Part shown: piece by piece, positions 1-19,856 of the stretch
How positions within the stretch are numbered: the first letter of the stretch is position 1
How the letters are laid out: each line of letters opens with the position of its first letter
Assembly (NCBI GenBank): GCA_964016885.1
Contig: OZ024760.1
Span: 25,172,001-25,236,000, forward strand
Reading direction: 5' to 3'
DNA from: Eledone cirrhosa
Lineage: Eukaryota
DNA: 64,000 nucleotides
Program-made: the position numbers and the translations under genes
The notes under the pieces: generated by a model
What the model saw: the letters and a program-made list of their open reading frames with translations, nothing else
The model's database searches: none
Told to the model about the DNA's origin: nothing

Positions 1-178
1 GTTTCACGCCATGACAGTGGGATAAGTACCAGCACTAGCTGGGGGTTTAACCCTGTGATAGACTGGCGTCCTGTCCAGGGTGGGGTCTTGTACTCCCAGT
101 CGCTTCACGCCATGAAACCAGGATATTCACCGTCCAAATGAGCCTTCAGGATTAAGACAGACTTTAGACTTTTTAGAT
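1..178 (+). mobile_element. SINE family 2, 3' portion
   Basis: aaccctgtgatagactggcgtcctgtccaggg...cttcacgccatgaaacc...agactttagac matches the reverse complement of the tails of the full copies at 14868-15144 and 44918-45208. Confidence 0.75.
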
Positions 179-334
179 GTATATATATATGAATCCTGGG
201 TATAATTAGGAGTAACCACAGGAAGGAACTCAATATATTAGGAGGGCGTAAACATCATGCTTAATATACAAATGGCTTCTAAAGTACTACAAATGGCTTT
301 TCAAGAAATCACCAGAAAAATAAAAATCTATCTT

Positions 335-464
335 ATTTCTCATTCTTTCTTTTGATGAAGGACCTGCATCCGAACGGTTGAGACCCTCTTCCTGCTATAT
401 CAAGCGTTAACCTAATATATCCCTTCCATATACTGTACCGATTGTGTTGTTATTTCAGTTTACC

Positions 465-470
<6 letters not shown>
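335..470 (+). mobile_element. HHR-element family A, decayed copy
   Basis: Similar to 7890-8030 and to the reverse complement of 28841-28975; degenerate core TTGATGA-a-GGA-cctgca-TCC-GAAC. Confidence 0.6.
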
Positions 471-514
<44 letters not shown>

Positions 515-663
515 CGGTCGCTATATTTGATTTGCAAAGCTGTCTAAACGTATTGTTATCATTCTGGGGTGTTATTCTCCATCGAGTGCTAAGATGCATT
601 CGTTAGCTTAGACGCAGCCAAAAGCTTCGTTAATGCAGTACTAAAATTTGTATATATATATAT

Positions 664-692
664 CTGAAGAAGGGATTATGCCCGAAACGTCG
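664..692 (+). ncRNA. Minimal hammerhead ribozyme core; 5' strand of stem I replaced by TA tract
   Basis: CTGAAGA-a-GGG-attatg-CCC-GAAA-C-GTC: complete core, 3-bp stem II, palindromic ACGT stem III, GUC site. Confidence 0.6.
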
Positions 693-907
693 TTCCCCAC
701 CCCGACCCCCACTCTCAAGAGCGTGAAACTAATACACCTGTGTTTGTATTGCCTCTCTGTTTTCTTCCCGTCCAATTTGTCACTATATATATATATACAT
801 ACACACACAGACACATGTATTTGTGTGTGTGTGTTAATACGTGTGTGTGTGTATGTGTGTGTGTCCGTGTGCGTGTGCGTGTGCGTGCGTGTGTGTATGT
901 GTGTGTG

Positions 908-982
<75 letters not shown>

Positions 983-1363
983 AGTTTTCCTTACACTTCT
1001 AACGTCTTAGTACGTCAGTCAGGACACAGGATTTCTTTCTATGTTGAAATGTTTGAAATATTTAAAGGCAGATAAATCAATACGCAAACACGAAAGAGTT
1101 CCCTCGAGACACGTCACTTAACATGTACAATTGTCAATTCGTGACTGCCCAAGATAACAGCGTAGTGATATGTTATGTGACAATACAAACCGTGTTAGAC
1201 TTACTAGCAGCAAACCATTAAAAGAGAGCAGTGGTTAGCTCGTTCGCCTCAATACGGTAAAGTGATGAGTTCGATTCCAGGCTGCTTGCTGTGTCCGCGG
1301 CGAACACGACTTGGTTTCAAGTGGTTAGAGTTCACTCAGCTAGCCAAAAATGAGTTGTACCAG

Positions 1364-1900
1364 CAGGGACATATTTAATACAGGGCAAAGAGGGCAATTA
1401 CTCCGATCCCCTTGCAATGGGGGCTCCACCAGCGAGAGCCGTAGCAATAGAGTTGTTCTCTAAGCTGGGCCTTCTAGTGTTAGGATGGTTAGATGTTTTG
1501 TATTTAATACATGTATGTATAACTTTTCTATTCCATCTGCATGTGCAAAGTTAAATTTGATATGTACAATTGGGGGTTTGTAGCTCAAAGCTAACTTGCA
1601 TATATAAAATTCGTGGTTTGTAGCGCAAAGCTAACTTTGATATGCAAAATTGGGGGTTTGTAGCCCAAGGCTAACTTTGATATGTAAAATTGGGGATTTG
1701 TAGCGAAAGCTAACTTTGATATATAAAATTGGGGGTTTGTTGGGCAAAGCTAACTTTGATATGTAAAATAGGGAGTTTGTAACGCAAAACTAACCTTGAT
1801 ATATAAAATTGGGGGCTTGCTATGTATTCTATTTTTTTCTTTAGACAGGCCACACAAACATGAAACGGCCTGAGACCGCTAGAGTCAAAAACCAACTCTG
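1364..1900. mobile_element. Non-autonomous hAT-like element (MITE)
   Basis: CAG...CTG termini; exact 8-bp flanking duplication TGTACCAG at 1356-1363 and 1901-1908; 8-bp TSDs are typical of hAT. Confidence 0.7.
1545..1822. repeat. About 40-bp minisatellite (about 7 copies) inside the MITE
   Basis: Unit ctaactttgatatgtaaaattgggggtttgtagcgcaaag; starts at 1631 and 1671 are 40 bp apart. Confidence 0.85.
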
Positions 1901-2149
1901 TGTACCAGTAATTTAAAGGGGCCAAAGTTGTCACATTTCTCAATTGGAAACGTGTTAAACTTATACGAGTCTGAAGAGTGCTCAGACACTTGAATACCAA
2001 CTCCCCGAGTAAGCTGGCTGCTCTGTTGATCAAACAACAGTAACAGTTATCATCGTAGCCTTAACAATCCGCCATTTTCTTTGTTGCATATATTCTGGTA
2101 TTTAAGTGTAATTGCGAAAAACATCTGATATTTTCAATTGTATTACAAG

Positions 2150-6900
<4,751 letters not shown>

Positions 6901-7520
6901 ATCTGTATATATGTGTATCGTGAAAGGATAGGAAATATGGTATCACGAAGACTAGATGTTACAAAAGTCACCGTTATTATTTTCACACATAGATGTATTG
7001 AAAGCCATTGACGTTTCGTAATATATCTTACTTTGGAATGTAGTAGAAGAAACCGAGAGAAAAAATGTATAAACACATTGATTAATTAAAAGTGCTAACG
7101 TGTAAAATGTCGTGTGTCTATTTATAATGCTTTCATTATTATACAGGACAGAGCAAATGGCATTTTTTTTGTGAACAAATACCCGCTGACGAACGAACTC
7201 CAGATACAGTGCATTTACGACTTGCATTTGTATATACCCGGGTGCAGAGAAACCTATGGAATGATTTTTTGAATTCGAAACGCCCTGTTTATTCTCTTCC
7301 TATGTATAGTTGTTGTGGCTATATACTCTGGCCACGTACATCTAGTCGATTTACTGATCGTTTCACACTTTTAGAAGATTATGTGATTATGTGATGCTGG
7401 GCGGAAAAAGTTACTACGGTTTGGCTCCATTGACTACTTGGTGACGGCTTCATTCAATTCAATTGGAATCTGCTCTAGTTATTACTAGAACTTCAATTTA
7501 TATAATACACACACACCGAC

Positions 7521-7554
<34 letters not shown>

Positions 7555-7577
7555 GTATATATATGTATATATATATA

Positions 7578-7610
<33 letters not shown>

Positions 7611-7631
7611 TTATTTATATATATATATATA

Positions 7632-7670
<39 letters not shown>

Positions 7671-7733
7671 TTATATATATATATATTTATTTATATATAT
7701 ATATATATATTTATTTATATATATATATATATA

Positions 7734-7810
<77 letters not shown>

Positions 7811-7811
<1 letters not shown>

Positions 7812-8030
7812 AGATATCAACAAGAGTGGTGGACCTGTTATTTTTATCTAAAAACATTTTTTCCAATTCCATTCCGCCCATCCCCTGAATCTATGTAATT
7901 TCTCATTCTTTCTTCTGATGAAGGAATAGAGTCCGAAACGTTAAAACCCTCTTACTGCTATCTCAAGCGTTAACCTAACATATACCTTCCATATACTGTA
8001 CCGATTGTGTTGTTATTTCTGTTTATCTTA
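7811..8030 (+). mobile_element. HHR-element family A between (TA)n and (CA)n tracts
   Basis: Core at 7915-7942: CTGATGA-a-GGA-atagag-TCC-GAAA-CGTT; homologous copies near 335, 28841(-) and 58520(-, core deleted); stem I weak. Confidence 0.65.
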
Positions 8031-8060
8031 TACACACACAGACAGACACAGACACACACA

Positions 8061-8123
<63 letters not shown>

Positions 8124-8611
8124 ACACATATATATATAAATATATATATACATCTGAGAGAGTACGATCGTGTGTATATGTCTATAAAGATAATTTAGAT
8201 ATAATTGCCTCAACTTTTGGTACAAGGCCAGCAACTATCCCAGTACATTACTAGTACTTTATTTTATCGACCCTGCAAAAGGATGCAGGCGTTGAATAAA
8301 TACCGTAAGAACTGGCCTACAGTTTGTTAAGATGTTGATATATTTCTGTCTGCACCGTTTTTCATTCGGAAACACATCCTTTACTTTGTGAATAAATAAG
8401 ATCTATACCCAGCCACCTGCTCACAAACACACCCATATATATATAGAAAAAAATGATGAAATCGAAAATGCGGCTGGAGTCTTATTTAAAAAAATATATA
8501 TATATATAATTATTTGGTTCCTTTACCGATTTCGCAGTTCTTCTGCTTTTCAAAAGTAGAGTTGAGATGAAGGGTCTTTGGTTTTTCTCACACACATATA
8601 TATATATATAT

Positions 8612-9027
8612 AACACGAGACAACCAAGTGTTCGAAGGCTGCTTTATATAGCGGCCGCATTTTGTTTGTTCACACCGGTTTGAGGTAGAACGGAATCCCT
8701 GTTGATGAAATTAATCCTCTGTTCGATCATGGAATACCACGGACGTGCGTCTTAGGTAAGTTGTATAATTGATTTCCGGATTTCAGAGAAACACTTTAAA
8801 AGTATATCGTTTGATTTTTCCAGGTGTCTTTTAAACTGTTAGTTCTTTCATTCGTTTGGTATTGTGTGGTTGGGCTTTGGCTACCGCAATTTTCAATTTG
8901 TCAAGCTATTAAACGTATATTATTACTCTAAGGACCTACCCTCATTGAGTGGTTTGCTAACTCATTCCTATTGTAGGTCGACTTTACTTGCCCACGGCCA
9001 AATCTTCGATTTTACTAAGATACCACT

Positions 9028-9030
<3 letters not shown>
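8612..9030 (+). repeat. Interspersed repeat family C (unclassified, TA-flanked)
   Basis: Shared blocks cacaccgg and gtcaagctat..aacgtat..ttac..taag...gccaaa.cttcgat..tt.ctaa with 22735-23146(+) and 58040-58420(-). Confidence 0.6.
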
Positions 9031-9113
<83 letters not shown>

Positions 9114-9616
9114 CGTGTACACAAATATGGATTGAGAGAGACGAGGTTATGTCGTTACTGATAGCGAATGTTAGAAAGTAAGCTGACACAAACAAGGATT
9201 GGAAAGTTTCCCTTCGTCAGTTGACTACTACGGGTCACAGATATTTCAAAAATTGAATATAGAAACGCTATGTGACGACAAGTGGGACTAGAACTGTTTC
9301 ATTGGAAGGATACATCAGCAAAAGCAGGGGTTAACCACTCGGTATTGAACTGACCACATTTTGCGTCTCTGCCATCCCAGAAAATGGCGAAGACTAAGAT
9401 ATCTAGACGAAAGATCTTATATTTACCATTATACTTACTGTCATACATACATACACAAATACAGACACACGCACTTATATAAACATATACATACAAACAT
9501 ACGTGAATATAAATATATGTGTATATTTATATGTGTGTGTGTGTGTGTTTGTGTGTGTTTGTGTGAGTGTGTGTGTGTGTGTGTGTAGATACACAAATAT
9601 ATATAATATATATATG

Positions 9617-9694
<78 letters not shown>

Positions 9695-9854
9695 GAGATA
9701 TATATATATATACATACATATATATATATATACATATATATATATACGTATACATATATATATATAAGTATGTATACGTACATACATATATGTGTACAGA
9801 CGTACAGTAGTATGTATATATATACATACATGCACACATATATATATGTGCATG

Positions 9855-9892
<38 letters not shown>

Positions 9893-10050
9893 CTACTGTA
9901 CGTCTGTACACATATATGCATGTACTTATACATACTTATATTTACGTATCAGCCGTACTAAGAGTGGAAAATGAAATTTCGTTTAATTCTTTTCGATATA
10001 TATATATGTATACACATATACATATATATATATGTATACACATATATATA

Positions 10051-10124
<74 letters not shown>

Positions 10125-10417
10125 GTGCGTTTTATGTCTACTACAAACCATGGCGCAGATATTTATGGTAACGTTGGTTTTCATTCGATTCCAGTCAACA
10201 ATGTCCACGTCCGTTCTAGAATTCTTAATGAAATCCACCATTCAATAAACTGTAATCTTGGACTACTAATTTGGTGGACTTGTTCCAAACACAGAGATCA
10301 ATCGATATCTGATTGACAGATGTATAAATACGCAAACTGATTGGTGTACTTATGCCTACACTCATATAAAAACCTCTTGTGTGTGTCTATACATATTTCT
10401 CTGTCTCCGGCCCTGTA

Positions 10418-10467
<50 letters not shown>

Positions 10468-10591
10468 TATATATAGATATACATAATTATATATATATAT
10501 AGATATATATATGATTAAAAATATATATATATTTATGCATACATATAAATATATATATAAAAACATACGTATATTTAATCATATATATGTC

Positions 10592-10653
<62 letters not shown>

Positions 10654-10792
10654 TATATATAAATATATATATATATGTAAATATAAAATTATATATATAT
10701 GCCTATATATAAATATATATATATATGTAAATATAAAATTATATATATGTATATATATATATATATATAAATATATATATATATGTAAATAT

Positions 10793-10823
<31 letters not shown>

Positions 10824-11071
10824 CATAGATATACATATACATAGTGGTCTATCTACCTATTTATAGATATGTATATGTGTGTCTACATATATGTGTGCAT
10901 GTGTGTGTGTCTACGTATGCGTGGGCTGTATGTGTGTGAGAGAATGAGAAACATAGAGAGAAATAGAGAGGGAGAGAGTGACAGCAAAGAGAATTTGAGA
11001 TGAGCAAGACGTTAGAATTATGAATAGGCAAATAACTGAATATATAAATATATAGTTTGATCGGACAATAG

Positions 11072-11125
<54 letters not shown>

Positions 11126-11148
11126 ATATATATATATATATATACATA

Positions 11149-11248
<100 letters not shown>

Positions 11249-11496
11249 CCTATATATGTATATATATATATATACATATATACATACCTATATCTATATA
11301 TCTATCTATCTAGCTAGCTAGCTATCTATATATCTATATATATATACATATATAGATATATATATAGATATAATATATATATGTACATGTATATATATAT
11401 GTATAATATGTATATGTACATGTATATATGTGTATATATATATACATATATATGTATATGCATATATATGTATATATAAATATATGTATACATATT

Positions 11497-11527
<31 letters not shown>

Positions 11528-11761
11528 TTATATATATATATGTATACATATATTTATATATACATATATATGTATATATATATATATATGTATATATATA
11601 CATATATATACATGTACATATACATATTATACATATATATATACACATATATATACATGTACATATACATATTATATCTATATATATATATACATATTTA
11701 ATGAATTGTTCTTGTTTCCTCTGATATTTAGTACATGCTACGCACACCGACAAACACACAC

Positions 11762-11824
<63 letters not shown>

Positions 11825-11921
11825 GGGTATATAGATATATATTATGGGTATATAGATAAAGTGGGAGATAGGTACGACTGAAATAAATATATGCGTTGCT
11901 TTACATATACATGTGCATATA

Positions 11922-11995
<74 letters not shown>

Positions 11996-12114
11996 AATAT
12001 ATATATATATATTTATATATCCATATATATATATATATATATATTTATATATCCATATATATTTATATATATATTTATATATCCATATATATATATATAT
12101 ATATTTATATATCC

Positions 12115-12146
<32 letters not shown>

Positions 12147-12176
12147 CCATATATATATATATATATATTTATATAT

Positions 12177-12250
<74 letters not shown>

Positions 12251-12660
12251 GTATGTCTGCATATACCTGCCTCTTTGTATCTATTTACGCATATATATAT
12301 TATGTATATGCATGTGCCTATGTGTGCACTCCTTTACGTATGCGTGTTTATTTATATATGATTCACTGCCCTAGAGGAACTCTTCAACGGTGCAAAATTG
12401 AAAGAAAATTTGTGCATTTATTAGAATAATGGAATCAAAGATTAATAGACTTGAAATTCTAAAGTTATTGTTCTGTTCTCAGTCCTAAGGTTTTCCTTGA
12501 TGTGTGACGTTGTGTCTGTTGGTGTACGTGTGTATATACGTATGCCAGTACCGGACTGGTGTATTGTAGAAATATTTATGTGAATAATGGTATAATATGT
12601 ATTTCTGGTCCATGTATCTCTGTGTGTATATGTGTATATACATAAATGTATCATACCTTG

Positions 12661-12705
<45 letters not shown>

Positions 12706-12742
12706 GTATATATATATATATATATGTATATATATGTATATA

Positions 12743-12796
<54 letters not shown>

Positions 12797-12947
12797 CAAA
12801 TATATATATATATGTATTTATATATATATACATATATACATATATATATATATATATGTATATATATGTACGTATATATATACATATATGTATTAATATC
12901 TACTTATATGTATTAATATCTACTTAATATGTATTAATATCTACTGC

Positions 12948-13522
<575 letters not shown>

Positions 13523-13524
13523 AA

Positions 13525-13575
<51 letters not shown>

Positions 13576-13594
13576 AATGTATATATATACATTC

Positions 13595-13648
<54 letters not shown>

Positions 13649-14104
13649 GCACCTACATGGATACATACCTTTATATACATACATAAATATACTTACACAC
13701 ATACACACGTGTGTGTTTTAGCAAGCTAAGCTGCAGTATTGTGTGTTGTCGGATTTTTCTAGAAATCAAATTAAACTATACTTACAGACAATGTCTGATG
13801 TTCAAACATCCGTTCTGAGTATGGATGTCCAATGATATCACAGATATCAAAAGGAAATCCTAGTTTTCGATATTCAGTACGGTAACTACCAACGTACAGG
13901 ATGATCACAGTTTTTGTTCAGAATTATACAGGACATTGGGCGAATTATGTGACAGTGACAGGATATGTTTTCTCTCTCTTTGGGGACGAAAAACAAACAT
14001 AAAAGGAAGGTGATAGTAAATTACTATTATAATAATTAGCAAGAGAGAAACAATAAAATAGAGCGTTTCCTCAGACAAATTCGCTGAAAAGTGAAATAGA
14101 GAAA

Positions 14105-14440
14105 CTGTCTTAAGGCCGGACAGGTTGACCATCTTCCCGTTCTGCGGTGGCAAACCACTCATCTGGGATGACACTTGCAGTGAAACTTTCTCCAGCCGCA
14201 ACTGGGTGCAGTCTACGACTAACCTAGTCTCCGCTGTACTTCAGATTGAGGAAGACAAACCCTCCAATTATCGTTCGTTCCGCTCTCTGATAGGTTTGCG
14301 GTCGTGTCCCTAGCAGTGGAGACTTCTGGTGTCCTAGATCCTAAGGCTACCCCCCGAGTTAACACTATAGCTGCTGCGCTAGCTACCTCTAACAGTGAAG
14401 ACCTCTAGTGTCCTTGGCCCTAGAGCTACCTCCATACTTA
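14105..14440 (+). mobile_element. Remnant of a non-LTR retrotransposon restriction-like endonuclease (CRE/HERO-type)
   Basis: LRPDRLTIFPFCGGKPLIWDDTCSETFS...EEDKPSNY, then after a frameshift FAVVSLAVETSGVLDPKA, fits RPDG..PW..GK.L.WD.T / K..KY / F.P.AVET.G; last segment internally duplicated. Confidence 0.65.
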
Positions 14441-14867
14441 CCACCATAGGCGCTTACCTTTGTAAGGAGTAGTAGAAGATATATTTGCGTAAAATGAGTT
14501 GGGCTAAAAATATATTTCTTCATTTTATTAGCGGTTAGAGGGTAACTACGACTACACCCTTTACTCCAAACGCTGAGTTAAAATAGGAAACCGAGCCACT
14601 TGGGGTTCATGATGAGGAGAACGACTAATTAATTACTGTGGCATTAAACAGGCCTATTTGCAACACCATCAGTGTGAAATATAACTAAATTAATACATAT
14701 ATATAATAGTTATACATAAATATATTTCATGTCTCTATAAAATCACCTTGAACTTGACCACCACCTTGACTGACCAGTCTGTCGTGCGCCATTCGGCGCC
14801 GCTGGTCACAGCACGTGCTGTTTTAGCCACACGTTGACGCCATCCCACTGGCTGGGCGGGCAGGCCG

Positions 14868-15144
14868 TAAGTCTAAAATCTGTCTTGAGCCTTTTGGTGC
14901 TTATCCCGGTTTCATGGCGTGAAGCGACTGAGAGTACCAGACTCCCCCCTGGACAGGACGCCAATCCATCGCAGGTTTAAACCACCAGCTATTGCTGGTA
15001 CTCATTTTCAGCTGGGTATACTGGAGCAACGTGAAATAAAGTGTCTTACTCAAGGAAACATCACATCACCCGGTCCGAGAATTGAACTCACATCCTTTCT
15101 TTTGCAACCCTACTGCTCTAACCACCAGGTCATGCGCCTTCACT
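14868..15144 (-). mobile_element. tRNA-derived SINE family 2, near full length
   Basis: Minus strand gtgaaggcgcatgacctggtggttagagc...gagttcaattctc (A/B boxes) followed by ccttgagtaagacactttatttcacgttgctccagt body. Confidence 0.85.
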
Positions 15145-15164
15145 AAGCCATGCATCTCTATGAA

Positions 15165-15353
15165 ATAATTGTTTCTACTTTAGGCACAATGCCAGCAACT
15201 ACCCAGTGCATTACTGGTACTTTATTTTATCGACCCCGTAAGGATGAAAGGCAAAGTTAACCTCGGCGGGATTTGAACTCAGATCGTAGAGGGACGTAAC
15301 TCTGCTGGAAAGCATGGCGTCCGACCCTCTACCGATACTGCCAATTCACCGCG
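15165..15353 (-). mobile_element. tRNA-derived SINE family 1
   Basis: Minus strand gcggtgaattggcagtatcggtag...gagttcaaatccc (A/B boxes) followed by tttgcctttcatccttacggggtcgataaaataaagtacc; at least 12 copies in the window. Confidence 0.9.
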
Positions 15354-15364
15354 TCTCTATAAAA

Positions 15365-15576
15365 TAATGATTTCTTATATAGGCCAGCAATTTTGGGGGA
15401 GGGGTAAGTCGATTAAATCAACCCCAGTTCGTCACTGGTACTTTATTTTATCGACCTCGTAAGGATGAAAGGCAAAGTTAACCTCGGTGGGATTTGAACT
15501 CAGATCATAAAATGCCGTAACTCTATGCAGCAAAGCATGGCGTCTGACCCTCTACCGATACTGCCAATCCACCGCC
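15365..15576 (-). mobile_element. SINE family 1, tandem neighbour with a variant tail
   Basis: Same head and core as the previous copy; tail contains ttttgggggaggggtaagtcgatt. Confidence 0.85.
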
Positions 15577-16058
15577 CTCTATAAAATAATACATATATAT
15601 TATATTAAGAGAATGTTAAAATTTAATTGAAGCGTTGTGGTGTATAAAAAATAGCGGTTTTGGAAGCCTCAACAATTCGGATGGTTAAATCTCCGGGAAA
15701 AGAAATCAGGTCGTATTGTGAGACATAGAAGTAGGGGAACGCGTAGACAGAGACGTAGAGTGCTTAAAACTTAAAAAAATCTGTAAAAAATAACACGAGA
15801 TAGAATTACCTTGGAAAGCATTTAATAATCCCTATATTTTGGATTTCACATCCGTCAGCATGCGGGTTTTTCCGAGTGGGAAGAGTTGTGTAGGGCAAGG
15901 ACACATGTGGCCTTCTGAATTTTGTTACACAGATATCTATCCATCTGCATAGTTGAGGCTTCCAAAACAATTATTTATATATATATTATTATATTATGTA
16001 TATATAATAATTATATATGTATTTATTATATTATATTATATTATATTATATTATATAC

Positions 16059-16104
<46 letters not shown>

Positions 16105-16409
16105 TAATTATCATGGAAAGGGTCATCGGACTTAAATCGGTCGAGCGCTGGGGGTGTTATAATGAAAATCATTTCCATATTGACAATAGTTAGGAAAGCT
16201 TCTAAAGTACAATTCAAATACAACATAGCTGTGTGTAGGCACACACAGACACACACACATATATATATATATATCTATGTGTATATATATATATATGTGT
16301 GTGCGTGTGTGTCTCTGTGTGTCTGTGTGTTCACACATGATGGCATCTTTAAACTAACTTATATTTATATATATATACACATACATTATATATATATATA
16401 TGTATATAT

Positions 16410-16442
<33 letters not shown>

Positions 16443-16504
16443 CATTTATATATATAAATACACATATATATTTATAAATACATACACACACACATATGTA
16501 TATA

Positions 16505-16554
<50 letters not shown>

Positions 16555-16949
16555 CACGCGCTGTGTGGCTGGGGATATTCAATAAACGTGATAAACTAAA
16601 ACAAAACAAAATATATAATAAGACATATAATAAGCCCAGAAAAGATTCATAAATGTTAAACTATCTGATGGTGGAAATACTCTTAGTGCTAAATCTAAAA
16701 CAATTGGCCAAGTTATAAAGTGCCTGAGGCGAGGAGGGTGGGTTCTATAAGTTCCTAGAGAACATATAATTTACATACCACGTACAACTAATTATGATTG
16801 CTGCCTGAGGTTATTGAACAGTAGAACGGTAAAGTTTGGGAATACTAATTCGTGAAAATCTTATTTAATATTTGTTATATATATATATATACAAAGAGAA
16901 AGAGAATTACACCTATACAGCCGCAGTCAATGAATAAAACCACTATAGG

Positions 16950-16982
<33 letters not shown>

Positions 16983-17086
16983 ATATATATATATGTATAT
17001 ATATTTATTTATTTATTTATTTATTTATTTATTGAAATAATACCATGTGTGTTGTGTATGTGTATATGTGTGTTGATATATATAAT

Positions 17087-17275
17087 ATAATTATTTCCAC
17101 TTTAGACACAAGGCCAGCAATTATACAGTACATTATTGGTACTTTATTTTATCGACCCCGTAAGGATGAAAGGCAAAGTTAACCTCGGCGGGATTTGAAC
17201 TCAGACTGTAAAGGGACGTAACTATGCTAGAAAGCATGGTGTCAACTCTCTACCGATACTACCAATTCACCGCCC
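17087..17275 (-). mobile_element. SINE family 1
   Basis: Near-identical to 15165-15353. Confidence 0.9.
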
Positions 17276-17323
17276 TTGATATATATATAATATAATATAA
17301 TATAATATAATATAATATAATTC

Positions 17324-17405
<82 letters not shown>

Positions 17406-17421
17406 TACATACATACATACA

Positions 17422-18790
17422 TATGTTAATGTTGGAACTCGAAAAATACTGAACAACACCGGAAACTTCCACATCAACAGTGACATAGACCGCCTTTACT
17501 TGAAACGTAAGCAGGGAGGCAGAGGCCTAACATCAATCCAGACAACATTTGAATGTCGCATCATATCTCTCTGACAACATCCACGAACCTCGAAGCGTAG
17601 GAGCCGGCTTCTCGAGCAAGTCTATCTGCATGAAACAGATAAGATCATGAGAGTTTGGAAGGAACTCCTTGAGAGATATTCCCTGTGTGATAATCAAAAT
17701 CTCAAACCCAGGGATGTCGCTCAGCAGTATCGCAGTGAATTCATGGATGAAAAAATGCATGCTTATCAGCAAAAAAATCATGTATGGATATGTTGCCAAG
17801 AAGCTCCAGAGTGAGAGTAATATAGATAAAGAAAGTAGTCTATCTTGGACCAACAACCGCTATATTGGCTCCCACTTTGAAGGATACGCTTTTGCAATCC
17901 AAGAACAGGAGATTAGCACAAAATAACTGATTCACAAAAGAGATAGGGATGCATGCAAAACACCTAGATGTGATAACAAGTGCAGACTCTGCAGAACTAA
18001 CATCGAGGCTATCACCCATGCCATCAGCAGCTGTCCAAATATGTCATCGCGGTACTATATACCTATGAGGCATGATGTAGTGGCCAAAACACTGTACAAT
18101 GCAGTTCGTAAAAAAGATAGCCCCGATAATAAACACATTAAAAGCTACAACAATGTGGAAGACATCCGTGTACATAATATGAAAGAGTACTGGTGGAATG
18201 TTCCAGTAAAAACCCCAATAAAATGCAGACATAACAGACCAGATATGGGACAGGGAGAAGAAAACATGTATAGTAGTGGAAATTAGCTGCCCAGCAGGTG
18301 CCAATATAATATCAAAGATTAGTGAAAAGGAGAATATTTATGCAGAACTGATGAGAAATCTGCAGATACTCCACCCTGATTACATCTTCAGATTTATGCC
18401 TGTGATCGCTGGGGCACTGGGATATGTTAGTAACTGCCTCAATACAAATTTGAGAAGCTAGGCTTCACAGGACCAGAAAGAACACAATTAGTTAGGAAAC
18501 TACAAGTACAATCCATTAATGGAACAATAAAAAATATGTAAAACATTCCAAAATTGTTGCATCTAATAACTGCATATACACACGTACAGATACAAAGCAT
18601 ATACACATGCACACATACAACTCAAAACATACACATCCACACATACAATAATAACCATATCTACACATGCATGCATACATACATATCTACCTAGTTGATG
18701 TTGTGTAAATTCCAATGAGAGAGACGTGTGTCTATGTTAGAAACCGACACTCTCTCTATTGGTAAAACTTTGTGAAATTATAAAACCAGA
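17422..18790 (+). mobile_element. 5'-truncated R4/Dong-like non-LTR retrotransposon (RT C-terminus, CCHC finger, restriction-like endonuclease), pseudogenised
   Basis: DIDRLYLKRKQGGRGL; FAIQEQEI; KCRLCRTNIEAITHAISSCP..YYIPMRHDVVAK; HNRPD; EISCP; GALG; stops and frameshifts present; flanked by (CATA)n on both sides. Confidence 0.85.
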
Positions 18791-19018
18791 ACATACATAC
18801 ATGCATACGCTTGGATCAAAGTATGACTGAACTTGGATTTGCGGACAAAGAGCGCGCTCCCTAATTCATAGTCTACAAATAGCTGCGATAGTTGGCACCT
18901 TCAAAATTTGCAAAACATTCTTGCGATTCAAGGGATGACAATTTCTTTTCTTTTACAACCTTGCCATTAGGGAGGTGGCCGGTCAAAAAAATATACTCAA
19001 AATTAAGAGAAAGAGATA

Positions 19019-19115
<97 letters not shown>

Positions 19116-19809
19116 GACACATTTTAATGGCTAGATATAGAAACCCCAGAGTTACCTCCCCGCATGCATTAACTCCCCTTAGCCACACACACACTTCCGG
19201 TAATCAATGGCGTTTCTCGAAACGTAACAACGTCCTGTATCGAACTAAAGAACACCAGACTACGATCTCTAACTGGATTGTCGTGGATTATGTGAAAGGC
19301 ATATAATCGAAATATACACTCCCTTGACCATGAAAATGCCGAAGTACATGAATTACTTGACATCCCTGCGCTGTGCATCTCCAATACTTATAACACTTTT
19401 AATGCTTGCACTATCTTTAATGCTTATAATATTTCTCCACACACAGACTATATCAATCATATAAAGATTTTGCCACCAGATCTACCAACCTAACACTCTT
19501 ATTTACCTACCTAAGTGCCTCTACCACACATATCTCTCTGCCACACTATATAAACAAGACGCACATGCGTGCCACACATATAACATTTGCACTATATAAC
19601 CACTTATCTTCATGTTGTACTTTAACCTATATCTTTGATTTTTGATTGTACCTATTAATATAAATGTAATCTCGAAGTGTGTACTGCCACTCTAAATTCT
19701 GTAATGAATGTTGACCCACAATGTTTGAATATGTATCAATGTTCGAATATGTATTGGTATGTCTCTCGGCTGAAAAGGAGGTCATATAACTGTCCATGCA
19801 TTAATAAAT

Positions 19810-19856
19810 TGCTCCGAAAAATCCAAACCTCGGTTTGGAGGAAACAGCTGTAAGCA
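19810..19856 (+). ncRNA. Hammerhead motif with a decayed core (paralogue of 35911-35957)
   Basis: Stem I tgct/agca; CCGAAAA; stem II tccaaacc/ggtttgga; GAA; palindrome ACAGCTGT; H=A. Confidence 0.6.

Larger units (their letters stand above)
1228..2085 (+). mobile_element. Decayed tRNA-derived SINE split by a DNA transposon insertion
   Basis: A-box-like gcagtggttag and B-box-like gagttcgattcc; body ends ...aaaatgagttgtaccag at 1363 and resumes tgtaccagtaatttaaaggggcc at 1901. Confidence 0.6.

Noticed and set aside
1966-2000. CTGAAGA-gtg..cac-ttGAAT hammerhead-like string
   Set aside because: Lies in a SINE tail, lacks GAAA and has no stem I or III; probably chance
7325-7400. LWPRTS reminiscent of the mariner WP..SPDL motif
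   Set aside because: Too short and degenerate to support
13786-13859. Possible minus-strand exon GFPFDICDIIGHPYSERMFEHQTLS with a gtaagt donor
   Set aside because: Weak acceptor, no recognisable family and not thiolase-like
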